Made by a program: the position numbers and the translations under genes. Shown here piece after piece: positions 14,790 through 28,947 of a stretch of DNA of 64,000 bases. The notes beneath the pieces were generated by a model, which saw only the letters and a program-made list of their open reading frames with translations, had not been told where the DNA came from and ran no database searches. Position 1 is the stretch's first letter. Each line of letters begins with the position of its first letter. Source of the DNA: Mobula hypostoma (taxonomy: Eukaryota); contig NC_086097.1 in assembly GCF_963921235.1 (NCBI RefSeq), positions 131,442,001 through 131,506,000 on the forward strand. The letters run 5' to 3'.

Positions 14790-15740
14790 AGAGGCATTTC
14801 CTTTGTCTTCACCCACAAACTCGTCACTCATACACAGGAGTGAGATAGACCAGCTGATTCAGTGGTGACACAACAACAACTTCACACTCAATGTTAGCAA
14901 GACCAGGAACTTTATTGTAGACTTCAGGAAAGGGAAGTTGGGAGAACACACACTCATTGAGTTGTCAGGAGTAGAAAAGGTCAGCAGCTTCAAGTTCCTG
15001 GGTGCCAACATCTGAGAGGAACATTCAGGCAATCATGAAGAAGGTGCAGCAACAGCTCGACTGCATGAGGAGTTTGAAGAGAGTCAGCATCCTCCTAGAA
15101 CGATGGAGGATGAGAGGTGGCCTGATGGAGAAGTATAAGATGATCAGAGGCATTGATCGTGCGGATAGCCAGAGGCTTTTTCCCAGGGCAGAAGTGGCTA
15201 ATACGAGGGGGCATAGTTTTAAGGTGCTTGGAACTAAGTACCAAGAGGATATCAGGGGTAAGTTTTTCACACAGAGAGTGGTGGGTGTGTGGAATGCACT
15301 GCCAGTGGCGGTGGCAGAAACGGACACAATAGGGTATTTTAAGAGCCTCTTAGATAGGTACATGGAGCTTAGCAAAATAGAGGGCTATGTGGTAGGGAAT
15401 TCTAGGCATTCTCTCGAGTAGGTTACATGGCTGGCTCAACATTATGGTCTGAAGGGCCTGTAATGTGCTGTAAATTTCTATGTTCTATGTTCCATGTTCT
15501 CTGTCACCAAAGGCTCTTTAAGAACTTCTGTATAAGTATGGTGCAGAGCGTTCTGACTGATTGTATCTCTGTCTGGTATGGCTGTTCCAATGCACAGTTT
15601 TCACAAGAATCTGTGGATAATTATAGGCTCAGTCAGCACAACCCTCCCCACCACTGAGAACATCTTCAAGGGGCAGTGCCTCAGGAAGGAGGCCTCCATC
15701 AGTCAGAGCCCTCACCATCCGGGAGGTGCCCTCTTCCATG
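14790..15740 (+). mobile_element. Rex1/Babar fragment with a nested CR1 3' end (~15088-15498)
   Basis: W*HNNNFTLNVSKTRNFIVDFRK...SFKFLG upstream; CR1 MRGGLME.YKMIRGIDR...TRGHSFK with (tgttcta)n tail in the middle; Rex sequence resumes at gtcaccaaagg. Confidence 0.8.
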
Positions 15741-17139
15741 AGCGTGCAGGGACTTCTTCTTTAACTTTGGGAAGCGAAGCCGTTACTTGTCGCAAGAAGC
15801 AGGAGATTTAAAAAGCTAGCCTATCAGGACTTTCTATTCTGGTTCAAATTGATTGGATAATTAGGCAATTGGCTCGGGTCAAAAAACTAGGGTAGGTTTA
15901 ATAAGAATGGCTATTGTTAGAGTGGGACAGAATTAGAGTGCTGAACTCTCATCGAGAAGAGGCGAAGGCTACTTTGAGGTTTCTGTCAAGTTTCTTTTTC
16001 TTTCTTGATTAGTGCATAGGTAGATCAGTGAGAAATGATACCAGGGCAGTGGTGTGCTTCTTTTGCTTGATGTATGAAGTCTGGGAGGCCTCCAGTGTCC
16101 CCCATGACTACATCTGCAAGACGTGCAGCTAGCTGCTGTTCCTTTCAGACCGTGTTAGGGGACTAGAGCTGGAAGTGGATGACCTACGATCATTCGGGAA
16201 AATGAAGAGTTGGTAGGCAGGAACTACAGGAAGGCAGTCGCACATACATTGGAGGCTGACAGCTCAGTGAACGGAGGAGAGGGTAAGAGAATGGTCATTT
16301 GTGCAGAGTACACATGAGGCGGTTCCCCTCAATAACAAGTAAACACAATGGAGACTGCTGAGGGAATGACCTACCAGGAGAAAGCTGCAGCAACCAGATC
16401 TCTAGCACAAAGTTTGGCTGAGGTCAGAAGGGAATGGAGGAGAAGATGAGAATGGTGGTAATGGGACACTCAATAGCTAGGGAAGAGACAAGAGATTCTG
16501 TTGATGTAGGAGACTCCTGAATGGTATTTTGCTTCCTAGGTACCCAGGTCAGAGCCAATTCAGACTGCGTCCATAGCTTCCTTAAGGGAGAGGGTGAAAA
16601 GGCAGAACTCATGGTACTTATTGGTATCAATGACATAACTAGGAAATGGATGAGGTCCTGAAAAGTGATTATAGGGAATTAGGTAGGAAGTTAACAAAAC
16701 AGGACCCTGAAGGGTAGTAATATCTGGATTACTGCCTGTCCCATGTGTCATTGAGGGTAAGAATAGGATGATATGACAGATGAACGTGTGGCTGAAGAAT
16801 TGGTGCAGAAGGCAGGGTTGCAGATTGATGGATCATTGGGATCTCTTTTGGAGAAGGTACGATCTGTAAAAAAGGGAGTCTTACACATGAACTTGAGGGG
16901 GAACCAATGTCCTTGCGGCAAGTTTGCTAGAGTTGTTGAGGAGAGTTTAAACTAGGTTGGCTTGGGGATGGAAACCAGAGTGATAGGCCAGAGGATGGAG
17001 CGGTTGGTGTAAAGTTAGATGCAATAGTACAGTGACTGTGAGGAAGGATATACAGTGGACAGGACATAAATGTAGTCAGTTGGATAGATTGAGTTGTTTC
17101 TACTTTAATGCAAGAAGTATCAGGAACAAGGTTGATGAA

Positions 17140-17707
17140 GACAGTGGCTATGTTTCATTAGGAGTTTGAGCAGATTTAGAATGTCACCTAAAACACTCAA
17201 AAATTTCTACGGATGTACCGTGGAGAGCATTCTGACTGGCTGTGTCATTGTCTGGTATGGTGGGGGGAGTGGTGGAATACTGCACACAATTGTAGTAAGC
17301 TGCAAAGAGTTGTAAAATTAGTCAGCTCTATCATGGGCACTGGCCTCCATAGTATCCAGGACATCTTCAATGAAACATCCATCATTAAGGGTCTAGGACA
17401 TACCCTCCTCTCACTGTTACCAGCAGGAAGGTGGTACAGAAACCTGAAGGCACACATTCAGTGATTCAGGAACAGCTTCTTTCCCTTTGCTGATTTCTGA
17501 ATGGACATTGAAACCATGAACACTACCTCAATACTTTTTTATTTCTGTTTTTGTGCTACTTATTTAATTTAACTATTTGATATACAAATACAGTATACTT
17601 ACTGTAATTCAGATTTTTTTTCTATATTTATTATGTATTGCATTGTATTGCTGCTGCAAAGTTACCAAATTTCACGGCAGTGATACTAAACCTGATTCTG
17701 ATGCTGA
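17140..17707 (+). mobile_element. Rex1/Babar 3' fragment nested in the CR1 endonuclease region
   Basis: FYGCTVESILTGCVIVWYG...LSLLPAGRWY; (ctgatt)n tail; CR1 APE sequence continues on both sides. Confidence 0.85.
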
Positions 17708-18746
17708 CGGCTGCTGGATATTCCAGGGTTTGGACATTTCAGAAAGGACAGGGAGGGAGGGAAAAAAGGTGGGGGATTGTCATTGCTAATCAGGGACTGT
17801 ATCGCAGCTGCAGAAAGGGAGGACATTGTGGTGGAATTGTTCACTGAGTCAGTGTGAGTGGAATTCAGAAAAAGGAAGGGAGCAATCACCTTATTGGGAG
17901 TATTCTATAAGACCCCCCCCCAACATAATAAAAAGAACACTGGGGAGCAGATCGGTGGGCATATTTTAGAAAGCTGCAAAAGTAGCTGGGTGGCTTCATC
18001 ATTCTTAATATTGATTGACACCTCATGAATGCAAGGATTTAGATGGGACACAATTTGATAGCTGTGTCCACGAAGGATTCCTGACACATTACGTGGAAGG
18101 GCCAATTGGAGGTGAGGCCATACTGGATCTAGTACAACACAATGAACCAGGCCAGGTGTCAGATCCCGCAGTGGGTGAGCACTGTATTCACAAATCCTTG
18201 CTCTTTAGCAGCGTCTTGGACAGGGATAGGTGCAGACGGTATGGTAAAGTATTTATTTGGGAGAGGGCAAATAATGATGCTATTCGGCAGGACTTTGGAG
18301 TGTAAATTGCAAATAGATGTTCTCAGGGAAATGTACAATAGAAATGTAGAAGTTGTTTAGGACTTTTGGATAGTTTTGCTGTACTTAAGCAAGGAAAAGA
18401 ATGTATAGTGAAGGAACCATAATTGATCAGAGAAGTGGAACATCTAATCAAGAGGAAGAAGAAAGCATACTTAAGTTTCAGGAAGCAAGGATCAGGCAGG
18501 ACTCTTGAGAATTATAAGGTAGCCAGGAAGGAGCTTTAGAAGGGACTTAAGTGAGCTAGAAGGAGACATGAGAAGGTCTTGGTGTACAGGATTAAGGAAG
18601 ACCTCAAGGCATTCTAAACATTTGTGAAGAACAGGAGGATGACTAGAATGAGGGTAGGACCAATTACGGATAAAAGGGGAAGAATGTGGCTGGTGTAAGA
18701 GGAGTAAGAGAGATCCTTATTGAATTCTTTACTTCAGTATTCACCA

Positions 18747-19835
18747 TAAGATATAGGAGCAGAAGTAGGCCATTCAGCCCATCGAGTCTGCTCTGCCATT
18801 CAATCATGGGCTGATCCAATTCTTCCAGTCATCCCCACTCTCCTGCTTTCACCCATACCCTTTGATGCCCTGGCTAATCAAGAACCTATCTATCTCTGCC
18901 TCAAATACACCCAATGAATTGGCCTCCATAGCCGCTTGTGGCAACAAATTCTACAGATTTACCACCCTCTGACTAAAGTAATTTCTCAGCATCTCAGTTC
19001 TAAAAGGACGTCCTTAAATCCTGAAGTCATGCTCTCCTGTTCTAGAATTCCCTACCATGGGAAATAACTTTGCCATATCTAATCTTTTCAGGCCTTTTAA
19101 CGTTCGGACTGTTTCAATGAGTTCCCCCTCATTCTCCTGAACTCCAGGGAATACAGTCCAAGAGCTGCCAGACGTTCATCATACAGTAACCCTTTCATTC
19201 CTGGAATCACTCTCGTGAATCTTCTCTGAACCCTCTCCAATGTAAGTATATCCTTGCTTAAACAAGGAGCCTAAAACTGCATACAATACTCTGTGTGGTC
19301 TCACAAGTGCCTTATAGAGCCTCAACATCACATCCCTGCTCTTATATTCTATACCTCTAGAAATGAATGCCAACATTGTATTCGCCTTCTTCACAACTGA
19401 CTCAACCTGGAGGTTAACCTTTAGGGTATCTTGCACAAGGACTCCCAAGTCCCTTTGCATCTCTGCATTTTGAATTCTCTCCCCATCTAAATAATAGTCT
19501 GCCTGTTTGTTTCTTGCATCAAAGTGCATGACCATATACTTTCCAACATTGTATTTCATTTGCCACTTCTTTGCCCATTCCCCTAAACTATCTAAGTCTC
19601 TCTGCAGGCTCTCTGTTTCCTCAACACTGCCCGCTCCTCCACCACCTATCTTTGTATCATTGGCAAATTTAGCCACAAATCCATTAACCCCATAGTCCAA
19701 ATCATTGATATACATTGTAAAAGCAGTGGTCCCAACACTGAACCCTGTGGAACTCCACTGGTAACCAGCAGCCGGCCAGAACAGGATCCCTTTATTCCCA
19801 CTCTCTGTTTCCTGCCGACCAGCCAATGCTCCACC
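18747..19835 (-). mobile_element. Younger CR1 3' fragment nested antisense in the older CR1
   Basis: [14 protein letters not shown]...AKFANDTKIGG...LQRDLDSLGEWAKKWQM...YKALVRPH; flanked by CACCA (18742-18746 and 19836-19840), whose removal restores host SVFTSER. Confidence 0.92.
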
Positions 19836-22800
19836 CACCAGTGAGAGGAACATTGACAAATGTGGGGTCAGTATAGCACAGGCTAACATGCTGGAACACA
19901 ACATTAAGGAAGAAAATGTGCCGGAACTTTTGAAAAATATTAGAATAGATAAGCCCCTGGAGCTACAATGTACTACAGAACATGAGGGAAGAGACTGCTG
20001 TGCCTTTGGCAATCATCTTCATTTCTGAACTAGCCACAAGAGTAATACTAGAAGTTTGGAGGGTGGCAAATGTTATTTCTTTGTTCAGGAAAGGTAATAA
20101 TGATAATCCTGGGAATTATTGACCTGTGACTCTTACATCAATGATGGGTAAACTATTGGAGAGGATTTTTAGATATAGAATTTATGACCGTCTGAAGAAG
20201 TGTAGTCTGATTAGAGATAGTTAGCATGGCTCTGTGAGGGGCGGGACCTGCCTCACGGACCTGATAGATTTCTTTGAAGAAGTTGCAAAAGTGTATGTGG
20301 TAGATATGTATTTTTGTAAGGCATTCCTAATAGTAGGCTCGTTCAGCAAGTCAGGAGATATGGGATCCAGGAATACTTGGCTGCATGGATTCAGATTTGG
20401 CCTGTCTACAGAAGGCAGAGAATGGTAATATATAGGGTGTATTCTGTCTGGAGGTCCGTGACTAGTAGTGTTCCACAGGGATCTGTTCTGGGACCCCTGC
20501 TCTTTGTGATTTTTATAAATGACTCAAATGAGGAAGTGGAAGGATAGATTAGCACATTTGCAGATGATATGAAGGTTGCTGGTGTTATGGATAGTGTGGA
20601 TTTCAATAAAACATTGATAGGATGCAGAGCTGGGCTGAGGAATGGCAGATGGAGTTCAATCTGGGAAAGTATGAAGAGATAAACTCTGGAAGGTCAAACT
20701 TGAAGGCAGTGTACAAGTTTAAAGTTAGGGTTCTTAGCAATGTGGAGGAACAGGGGAATGGATCATGGGGTTCACATAGATCTCTCCAAGTTGCCATGCA
20801 AGTTGATATAGCTTGTTAACCTTCATTAACCGAGGAATGTTGCAGCTCTATAAAACATGGATTAGATCATACTTGGAGTGTTTTGTTCAGTTTTGTTTGC
20901 CTCATTATACTAAGGATGCGGAAGCCTTAGAGAGTTTGTAAAGGAGATTTCCCAGGATGCTACCCAGATTAGTGATCATGTCTTATGAGGAAAGGCTGAG
21001 AATACTAGGGCTTTTCACTTTGGAGTGTAGGAGGATGAGAGGTGATTTGATAGAAGTGTGCAACATAGTAAAAGGCACAGCTGGAGTGCACAGCTTGTGC
21101 CTTTTTCCCAGAGCGGCAAAAGTTAATATGAGAGGGCATAATTCTAAGGAGATTGGAGGAAATTTTAGGGGGGGATGTCAAAGTCAGGTTCTTTTTTAAC
21201 ACAGTAAGTGGTAAGTGTATGAAATGCACTGTTAGGGGTGGTGATAGAGGGAAATACAGTTTGTAGATGAGGGAAATTTAAGAGATTCTTACATAGGCAC
21301 ATGGAATAAAGTTAAATGGAAGGCTAGGTTGGAGAGAAGGGTTAAATTGAACGCGGAGTTGGTTAAAAGGTCAGCACATCATTGTGGCCTGAAAGCCTGC
21401 ACTCTGCTGTACTGTTCAATGTTCTACGTTTGATGTTCTTATTACAACCACCGATGAGAAGGTCCAGGAGCCTGAAGACCCACTGTCAACGATTCAGATA
21501 CAGCTTCTTCCCCCCGCAATCTGAACCCTACCTCATTATTCCTTTATCTAATATTTATTCTATAATTCATAAATTCTGATTCTAATTCTCTTTGCAATTT
21601 AAAAGTAACTTGTCTTCTATTCTGTTTAGTTTCAACCAAGGATGTTCAACCTAGAACTTCACTTCCCTCTCTGGTGATTCTGTCCAACCGTTTGAGTTTT
21701 TTCAGTATTTTCTGTTTTTATTCTGTATTTCCAATATCTGCGGTCCTATGACTAACTTCATTCCAAATAATTTAGTGTTGGGCTACTAATCTGAGATTTA
21801 TGGAGAGATAATGCAGCCAAATAATCCAATTTGGGCTGAATAGCCAGCTCCTTTGCTGTAGACCTGTTGTATCTTGCTTGTCTTTACTGTGAGTATTGGT
21901 TTGCACTTTGACTGTGGTAGTATCACTTCGCATAATATCCACACATGATTTGTCGCTAATGAGCTTCCTGCTGTGGCCGTCCTTTTTAACTCCCTCCAGT
22001 TCAACAACACCAAGGCACATTACCATCTCTGCTCAACAGAGAGGCTGAACCTGGGAGCTTTCTAATTTCTCCGTCTCATTCAGACATCTGGTGATACACC
22101 TACCACTGAGTGACTGGGAGAGCTTATTTGTTAACTTACTTCCTAAATGCTACATGTTGTACTGAGTAATCCTTTGACAACAGATGTGTGGAACAGCATC
22201 CAAAATAAAAATTCATTAGTCGCTCCTAGGATGCATTGTTCTGGTAGTCATGGTGGCTTGTTGAGACGTGCATTTTTTCTGGTGCAAGAGCTATTTTTTA
22301 TTATATAAGAATAATGATAAAGCACTGAATTCCACTTGTCTTGATTGGTTTTACTGCCATTTCCTGCTTTGTGCCTCTTCATTCAAAAGCCCGATTTCTT
22401 TTCACTGACATTTCCATTCATCCAGTAATCCAATAAAGACACTTTTTTTTGTTGCCAATTTCTGCCTAGCGTCAGTTCTTTTACCCGTAATCTCCATCCA
22501 CCCGCACACTCTATTAATATTTACCTGTCACGTCAGTCAAATGTATAATTGGGCAGTACAAACAAAACATTCTCCCCAGAATCGCAGTGGTGGTCAGTGG
22601 AAAAAAAACACACAGGCTCAAAAGTTTCAGTCATTTCTTTTGTATTATTGCTCCCAACTCCTCCTCTTCAGAATGTGCTCACTCAGGCACTGGGATACAT
22701 TTCTTCAACGATGCCAGAAGCCCTTGGACTTTCATTCAATATTGCTGAAACTGGATTGACAATCTGGATTTTTTTTGGTTTTTAGTCTTAATAATATCAG

Positions 22801-22839
22801 AGTCTTTATTCGATATGGCAATCATATCTGCAGTTGGAG

Positions 22840-23945
22840 GAGCGGTGAGATATTCCACACTTGCCTGGATGAGTGCAGCTCCAATTATGCATTTGATGCT
22901 GGACCATGTCCAAGGCAAAGCAGCGCGCTTAATTGGCACCCCACTCCCGCTCGAAACATTCACTCCTTCCAACACTGGTGCACAGTAACTGCAGTGAATA
23001 ACATCTGCAAAATGCTCTGTGTTTGCTTGTCCAAGCTAATCTTACTACCTCCCAAACCTGTGACCTCTATCTCCTTGAAGGAAAGGGCCTGCAGAAGTCT
23101 GGGAACAAAGTCAGCTTCCAGCCCCCTCCAAGTTGCATCTCACCTGAGTATGAGAGTTAGGAAGTTAGCTTGCAGCAATATAAAACTTTGGTTTGGCCGC
23201 ACTTGGAGTATTACGTGTTATGCTGGTGACCTGATTACGGGAAAGATGTGGAGGAAAAGCTACAGAGGAGGTTTACCGGGATGCTGCCTGGTACGCAGGG
23301 TATGACTTCTAGGCAGAGGATGGTCACACTTTGGCTGTGTTCTTTGGAGCACTGGGGGCTGAGGAGAGACCTGATAGAAGTTCCTAAGTTTATGAGAGTT
23401 ATAGATAGGGTATACATTCAGAATCTCTATCCCAGGGTAGAAATTTCAAAGTTTAGAGGACTTGCGTTTAAAGTGAGTGACATGCAGGGAGTGGTAGCGC
23501 CTGGAATTGCTGCCAGAGGTCATGGCGGGAGGAGATTCAATAGCAGCTTTTAAGACCCTGTTAGGTAGATGTATGAATATGTGGGATATGGAAGGTTATG
23601 GATCATGTACCGGCTGTAGAGAATTTATTTAATTCAGCAATGAATTTGGCACCGATACTGTGGGCCAAAGGGCCTGTTCCTGTTCTGTGCTGTTCTACGT
23701 TCTATGTACCCTCACTTGGAGATATGACAGTCCGTCTTTGCAATGTCCATATCCTGGAATTCTCTCCTCAAGCAGTACTGGGAGCAGTGCCTTCACCAGC
23801 TGCAGTACTTCAGGAAGACACCTGAATTGCAATGGTTTAAAAAGACAGCTCATCACCACCTTCACTTCCTCATGAGCAATTTGGGATGGGCCATAAACGC
23901 TGACCTTTGTAGAAACACCCAACTCCCATGAGGGAATATAAAAAC
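22840..23945 (+). mobile_element. Ancient CR1-clade LINE fragment interrupted by a CR1 3' end (~23147-23707)
   Basis: YSTLAWMSAAP...VQGKAARLIG motif upstream; insert LQRRFTGMLPG...LRRDLIEV with (tgttcta)n tail. Confidence 0.65.
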
Positions 23946-26900
23946 AGAAACCTGTAACTCTCACAGCCTGAACACTCACAGCTTCTGAGAAATTTGCCAA
24001 GCATTGAAGGTTCATGAGTGAACACCAGCTGGTCTTTTGCAGTGTTCTTATTTAAAAATCTAGCCAAGTGTTATGGACAATAAATAACTGGAGGAGTGTT
24101 TACATATCCACTGTGACCTTTTAAGCCATAATCATGAAGTGTTTTATTGCACTCTGGAAGTGTTGATGGGTTGTCTCCTTGTAGTAATTCGGTTTAACCT
24201 TCTGCTCAAAAAAGAGTAGCTACAATTACACCTTACTTTTCTTCCACTCTCCAGATCAAAACACACAAAATACTACATGCTTTTTACAGAACCCTTTCCT
24301 AAGGGGACCTTTAGATAGACTTTGGAACATCGATGGGCATACAGTAAGAAGAGGTGCCAGATCAAAGGAGATACATGAGACTGCAGATGTTAGAGTCTGG
24401 AGCATCAGTCTGTCAGAAGTCAGCAGGTCAAGCAGCATCTGCAGACTTTTGTGTTTCAATCTGCTGAGTTCCTCCAGTAGACTGCTGTTGTGCCTGATTT
24501 AAGCTTTCCAGGGAAGCCTAGAGTACATTGTTAAGATGGGAGTAGTAAACTGGCAGGCAAAACAGAAAACAGAAAATTACTCTCACACTGACATACCACA
24601 CACTCCAGTCATTAAAATCATTCTTATGGATAAAAGACAAGACTATCTCTCTTCCTTTCTCTCTTTTTTCTGTATAACCATGATGCAGAGGAGCCCATCA
24701 GCTCCCAGAAAAAAAACAATCCCATCAATCTCATTCCTCCTCTATTTATTCGAGTGTATCTCTGTATGGATTGCATGCAAAACAAAAGCTTTTAACTGTA
24801 GCTCAGCACATATGACAATAATAAACCAACAGAATTCTTTTTTCCAACTCTTTTAACAGAATGAATATTTTCATATGAAAAATGATTATCATTACTGATG
24901 CAAATAAACAAACGAGTTAAGCTGCTTGTGCATTGACTACACCCTTCTTCTTGGCAAAACTGTAAATGGCTTGAGATTGTCAAATGTATCGAGTTACACT
25001 GAAAAGCTTTTGTTTCAATGCCGTCCAGAGAAATCATTCCAAGCATAAGTACATCAAGGTCGGATGAAAGAAAACAACAGAATGCTGAATATAGTATTAT
25101 AGTTGCAGAGAAGGTGCAGTGCAGGTAGACAAATAGTAGACACTACAGTGGAAATAGTAGGGGCTATATGCCTGCAGTGCTGCTGCAAGTAAGCTTTCCA
25201 TTGCACCTGTGCATACGTGTACTTGTTCATTTGACAATAAACTTGACTTTGACTTTGCAAGGGCCATGGCAAGTTGGGCTGAAAGATCAAGAGTTCATCT
25301 TTCCCGTATTGCCTATTATACCTTGGCAGATTGTTACCTGCCTGTGCTGTACTTATTACAACGTGAAAAGGAATTTTATGCATTTCATTTTAAATGTGGT
25401 TGGAGTTATTGTGCATTCACAGTGGCACAGGAAGCAACTCAGCTACAATTTAGCATGTGAGCTCTGAGAACCCATTTTGAAAATGTAAAGTAAAACAATG
25501 GAAATGCCAGAGATCAGTAATTTGATAAAATGGTTTATTATTGTTACATGTACTGAGGTACAGTGAGAAAAATCGTATTTTGCATGGCATCTATACAGAT
25601 AATTTCACTGACGTAGTATAAGGTAAAACAATAACAGAATGCAGAACATAATGAATACAGAGAAACTGCAGTGCAGGTAGACAATAGGATGCAAAGCTAT
25701 AATGAGGTTGACTGTGAGATCAAGGATCCATTTTATCATACCAGGGACTGTTTTTAATAGTCTGTTCAACAGTGGGATAGAAGCTGTCCTTGTGCCTGGT
25801 GGTATGTACTTTCAGTGGAAGCTGGAGATATTCAGCAGGTCAGGTGCAACCTTGACTTAACATCTCACCCCCACCTATAAAACAGCACCTTTGACAATCT
25901 AATACTCATTCAGAGGAGCCAGTGCATCTCACTGGGTTATACTCTGCTTTTGTACTATTGATGTTACATATATTGGCTTGGGTAGTAAATAACGAGGAAG
26001 GTTTATCCTTGTAGCTCATAGTTCACCTCTAAAACAAACAGAAATAATAAAAAAATCTGCTTAAATTAATTCTCAATTTACTCTGCCTGCCTCTGAACTA
26101 TCTGTTAGTAAGAATGGAATTTGTTACCTTAATATGTTAATGGTTAATATTAATGCACAGAAGGTCTTTCGAGCAAAGACATTTCTGGCCTATCCAACAT
26201 CGGAACTAATTAACAGTTATAGGCCTAAGTCTCAAGTTATGCTATTGTTTTATACGGAACGTCTGAGATTGCTTCAACCATTTGCTGGATCCTGGGTAGA
26301 CTTTAAACAGTTTCATTAGAGGAGATAATATTGGAAAGAATTAATAAGAAATCATTTTGATAAATGTTTAGAAATTACATTGCATGTTAATGAAGTGTGA
26401 ATAAGCTAATTATTTTCTGAAATAACAGAGACTTGATTGAAAATACCAGAATTAAATGAGAAGAGAGCTCTATTGTAGACTAGTTAACATTAATTAGCCA
26501 CAATGTAAGGTAGTAAATGATACGCAAACCCTTAGAACACAATGGTGCCACAGTCAGTGGAAGCAATGTGCAGGGAGGTGGCATTCAAAACAGACTAAAG
26601 TAAAGAAAGTTCTTGGATCCTATAAATACCATGTAATAATTACTCTTTTATATTCTATATAAAGCAAGAGAGATACAGAATTGTGCGAGGGAGTTTTAAT
26701 TTCACCAATATCTACTGAACATTGAGTAGGCAGGCGGTTAAAATGGATGGGAAGAAACATATTTGGGTCAGATTTTGGTCATATGCGGTGGATCCCTGAG
26801 GTAGGCAGTCACTTCTTGCCCATACAAGTGATTGGTCCTTTACATTAGAAGGGTCTGATGTTGCTTTGAAAGCAAATCCAACTTATAACCTTCCCCATTA

Positions 26901-28904
26901 TTGTTAGTATCCAGAGGAGACGCAGCCTTAAGAATGCAATATTTATCATTAAAGGTCCCCACTAAATGGGCTGTGCCATCTTCTTGCAGCCACCATTGGG
27001 CAGGAGGTACAGAAGCTTAAAGCCCCACACCAACAGGTTGAAAATCAGCTACGTACTTCCATCCAATCATTTGGTTCTTGAATCAAGTGGCAAAACGCTG
27101 ATCACTACAGTTTAGCAACACTGAAATCACTTTGATCACTGAGCACAAAAATGGATTCTAGGTTCTTTCCTGTATAATTATGATTAATTTACATTTAACT
27201 CATGTTTCTCCTGTGAATGCTGCTGATATAATACTGTGTGCCTGAGATGCTGCAGCAAGTCAGTTTTTCATTGCACCTGTGCATACATGTACTTGTGTAT
27301 ATGATAATAAACTCAAGTTGACTATAGTGCCCTTAACACAGAGAAAAAAAAATTGCAGAGGCATCATCAAACAAAATTTGATGCTAAATTGTATAGAGAT
27401 ATTAGAACAGTCGATGGAAAGTTCAGTCACAGATGCAGGTAAACTGGAGCTCAGATTAAGGACCAGCCAGATCTTACTGAAAGGCAGAATAAGCATGAGG
27501 AGCGTATGGAATTCCTTGTGTTTTTTTAAATGAAGGGCTCTTTAAACTTGGGGAGGACAAGGTTGGGTGAGGGATGAAATTGTGGGGCTTGAAGAGCATG
27601 GCTCTCAGTCGTGGAGCTATCAGGAGTGTACAGGGGAACAGGAACAGAGGAGCTGATGATTTAAAGGTCTATTGGCTGGATGTGTTTACAGTGACAGGAG
27701 CAGTAATATGCTGAGACAACTTCAAAAGAGAGGAGGCAATAAGGTCAGCAAAAGGTTCTTGATTGGACATGGCATCAAAGGTTACGGGGAGAAGGCCAGG
27801 ATCTGGGGTTGAGGAGGACACAGGAAAAAGGATCAGCCATGATTGAATGGCAGAACAGACTTGATGGACCAAATAGACTAATTCTGCTTCTATGTCTTAT
27901 GGTCTTATGATCTTTTGGCAAGAGTGGTGACTGGTAAATGGATTTTGGTGTGAATTCATGAAGAAGACATTGTGTTTACATATGGGGAGAGATTGGAGGG
28001 GTAGTCAGGAGTAGTACAAGGCAGGTAATAAAAGGAAGACTGAAAGATGGACAAACCAGAGCTTGCTATACTGTCCAGAAGGGCTGACTGCCCACTGTAC
28101 AAATGGATAAATAATTTATCTCTTCCCTACTATCCACATCATAATGGTGTTTGATCTTTTCCATTCGGTATGACAGGTTGGCCTTGCTTTATGCTGAGTG
28201 TGATCCTCACCATTATATCATCCACTTGTCATGACAATGTGACTGAGGCCGAGATTGAGACCCCAAAGTGTGGGTGAAGGACTGTGTTGTTGTGTGCAAG
28301 ATGAGCACTTTATAGACATAAACTACATCGAACGTTGTGCTTTCGTTTCTGATGCTTGCTGTTGTAATTTTTTTAGACATGGGAAGTTGACTGTAACAGC
28401 TTTAATCAATGCAAGACTGAATTCTAGCTATAGGTACCCTGACACTCGACTATGTTTTCAGATCTTTGAGCTAAAGAAAAATCTAGACACAGGTTTCTTT
28501 GTGACTAAATCAATAAAACAATGATTACTGTATCATTAGGGTCTGCAATTTGCACCCGCATGTGTGCGTTCACACTAACGCTATCCCCAGGTTATGAATA
28601 CCTGACTTATGAATACTGCTACATACTGGCCGTGCATTTATTTTTTTGTTATGAATAGCAGTACAAGTTTCCCCTCTCTCTCCGCTTTTAGTAATTATTG
28701 TTTCTTGTAAGTCTTAATAAGCTTTTGATGGCATTCGTTAATTACAATACTGTGGAGGTATGGTTAGCAGAACAAGTAATTTTACAGACAAAATCAACTT
28801 GTGGACATAAGTAAAACCAGAACATGTTCATTACCCAGAAATAGTCTGTATACTTGTATGAATGTACTTTTATCTGTTTGTGTATATACTTGAGTGTGCA
28901 TGAA

Positions 28905-28945
<41 letters not shown>
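28905..28945. repeat. (TG)n microsatellite
   Basis: Directly visible. Confidence 0.98.

Positions 28946-28947
<2 letters not shown>

Larger units (their letters stand above)
15745..21430 (+). mobile_element. Near full-length decayed CR1 LINE (ORF1 zinc finger/zipper + esterase; ORF2 APE + RT) with two nested inserts
   Basis: ORF1 AVVCFFCLMYEVW...YICKTC..LELEVDDL (~16045-16190) and esterase IGIND motif; ORF2 YFNARSIRNK (~17100), [12 protein letters not shown] and FADD (~20470-20570), RRMRGDLIEV, CR1 3' tail. Numerous stops and frameshifts. Confidence 0.9.

Noticed and set aside
19179..20012. 277-aa ORF as a host gene
   Set aside because: Chimera of antisense old-CR1 sequence and a frameshifted nested CR1 RT fragment.
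28560..28750. Possible Tigger/MER-type MITE end (ccccaggttatgaatacctgacttatgaa)
   Set aside because: Too degraded to identify a matching second TIR or TA duplication.
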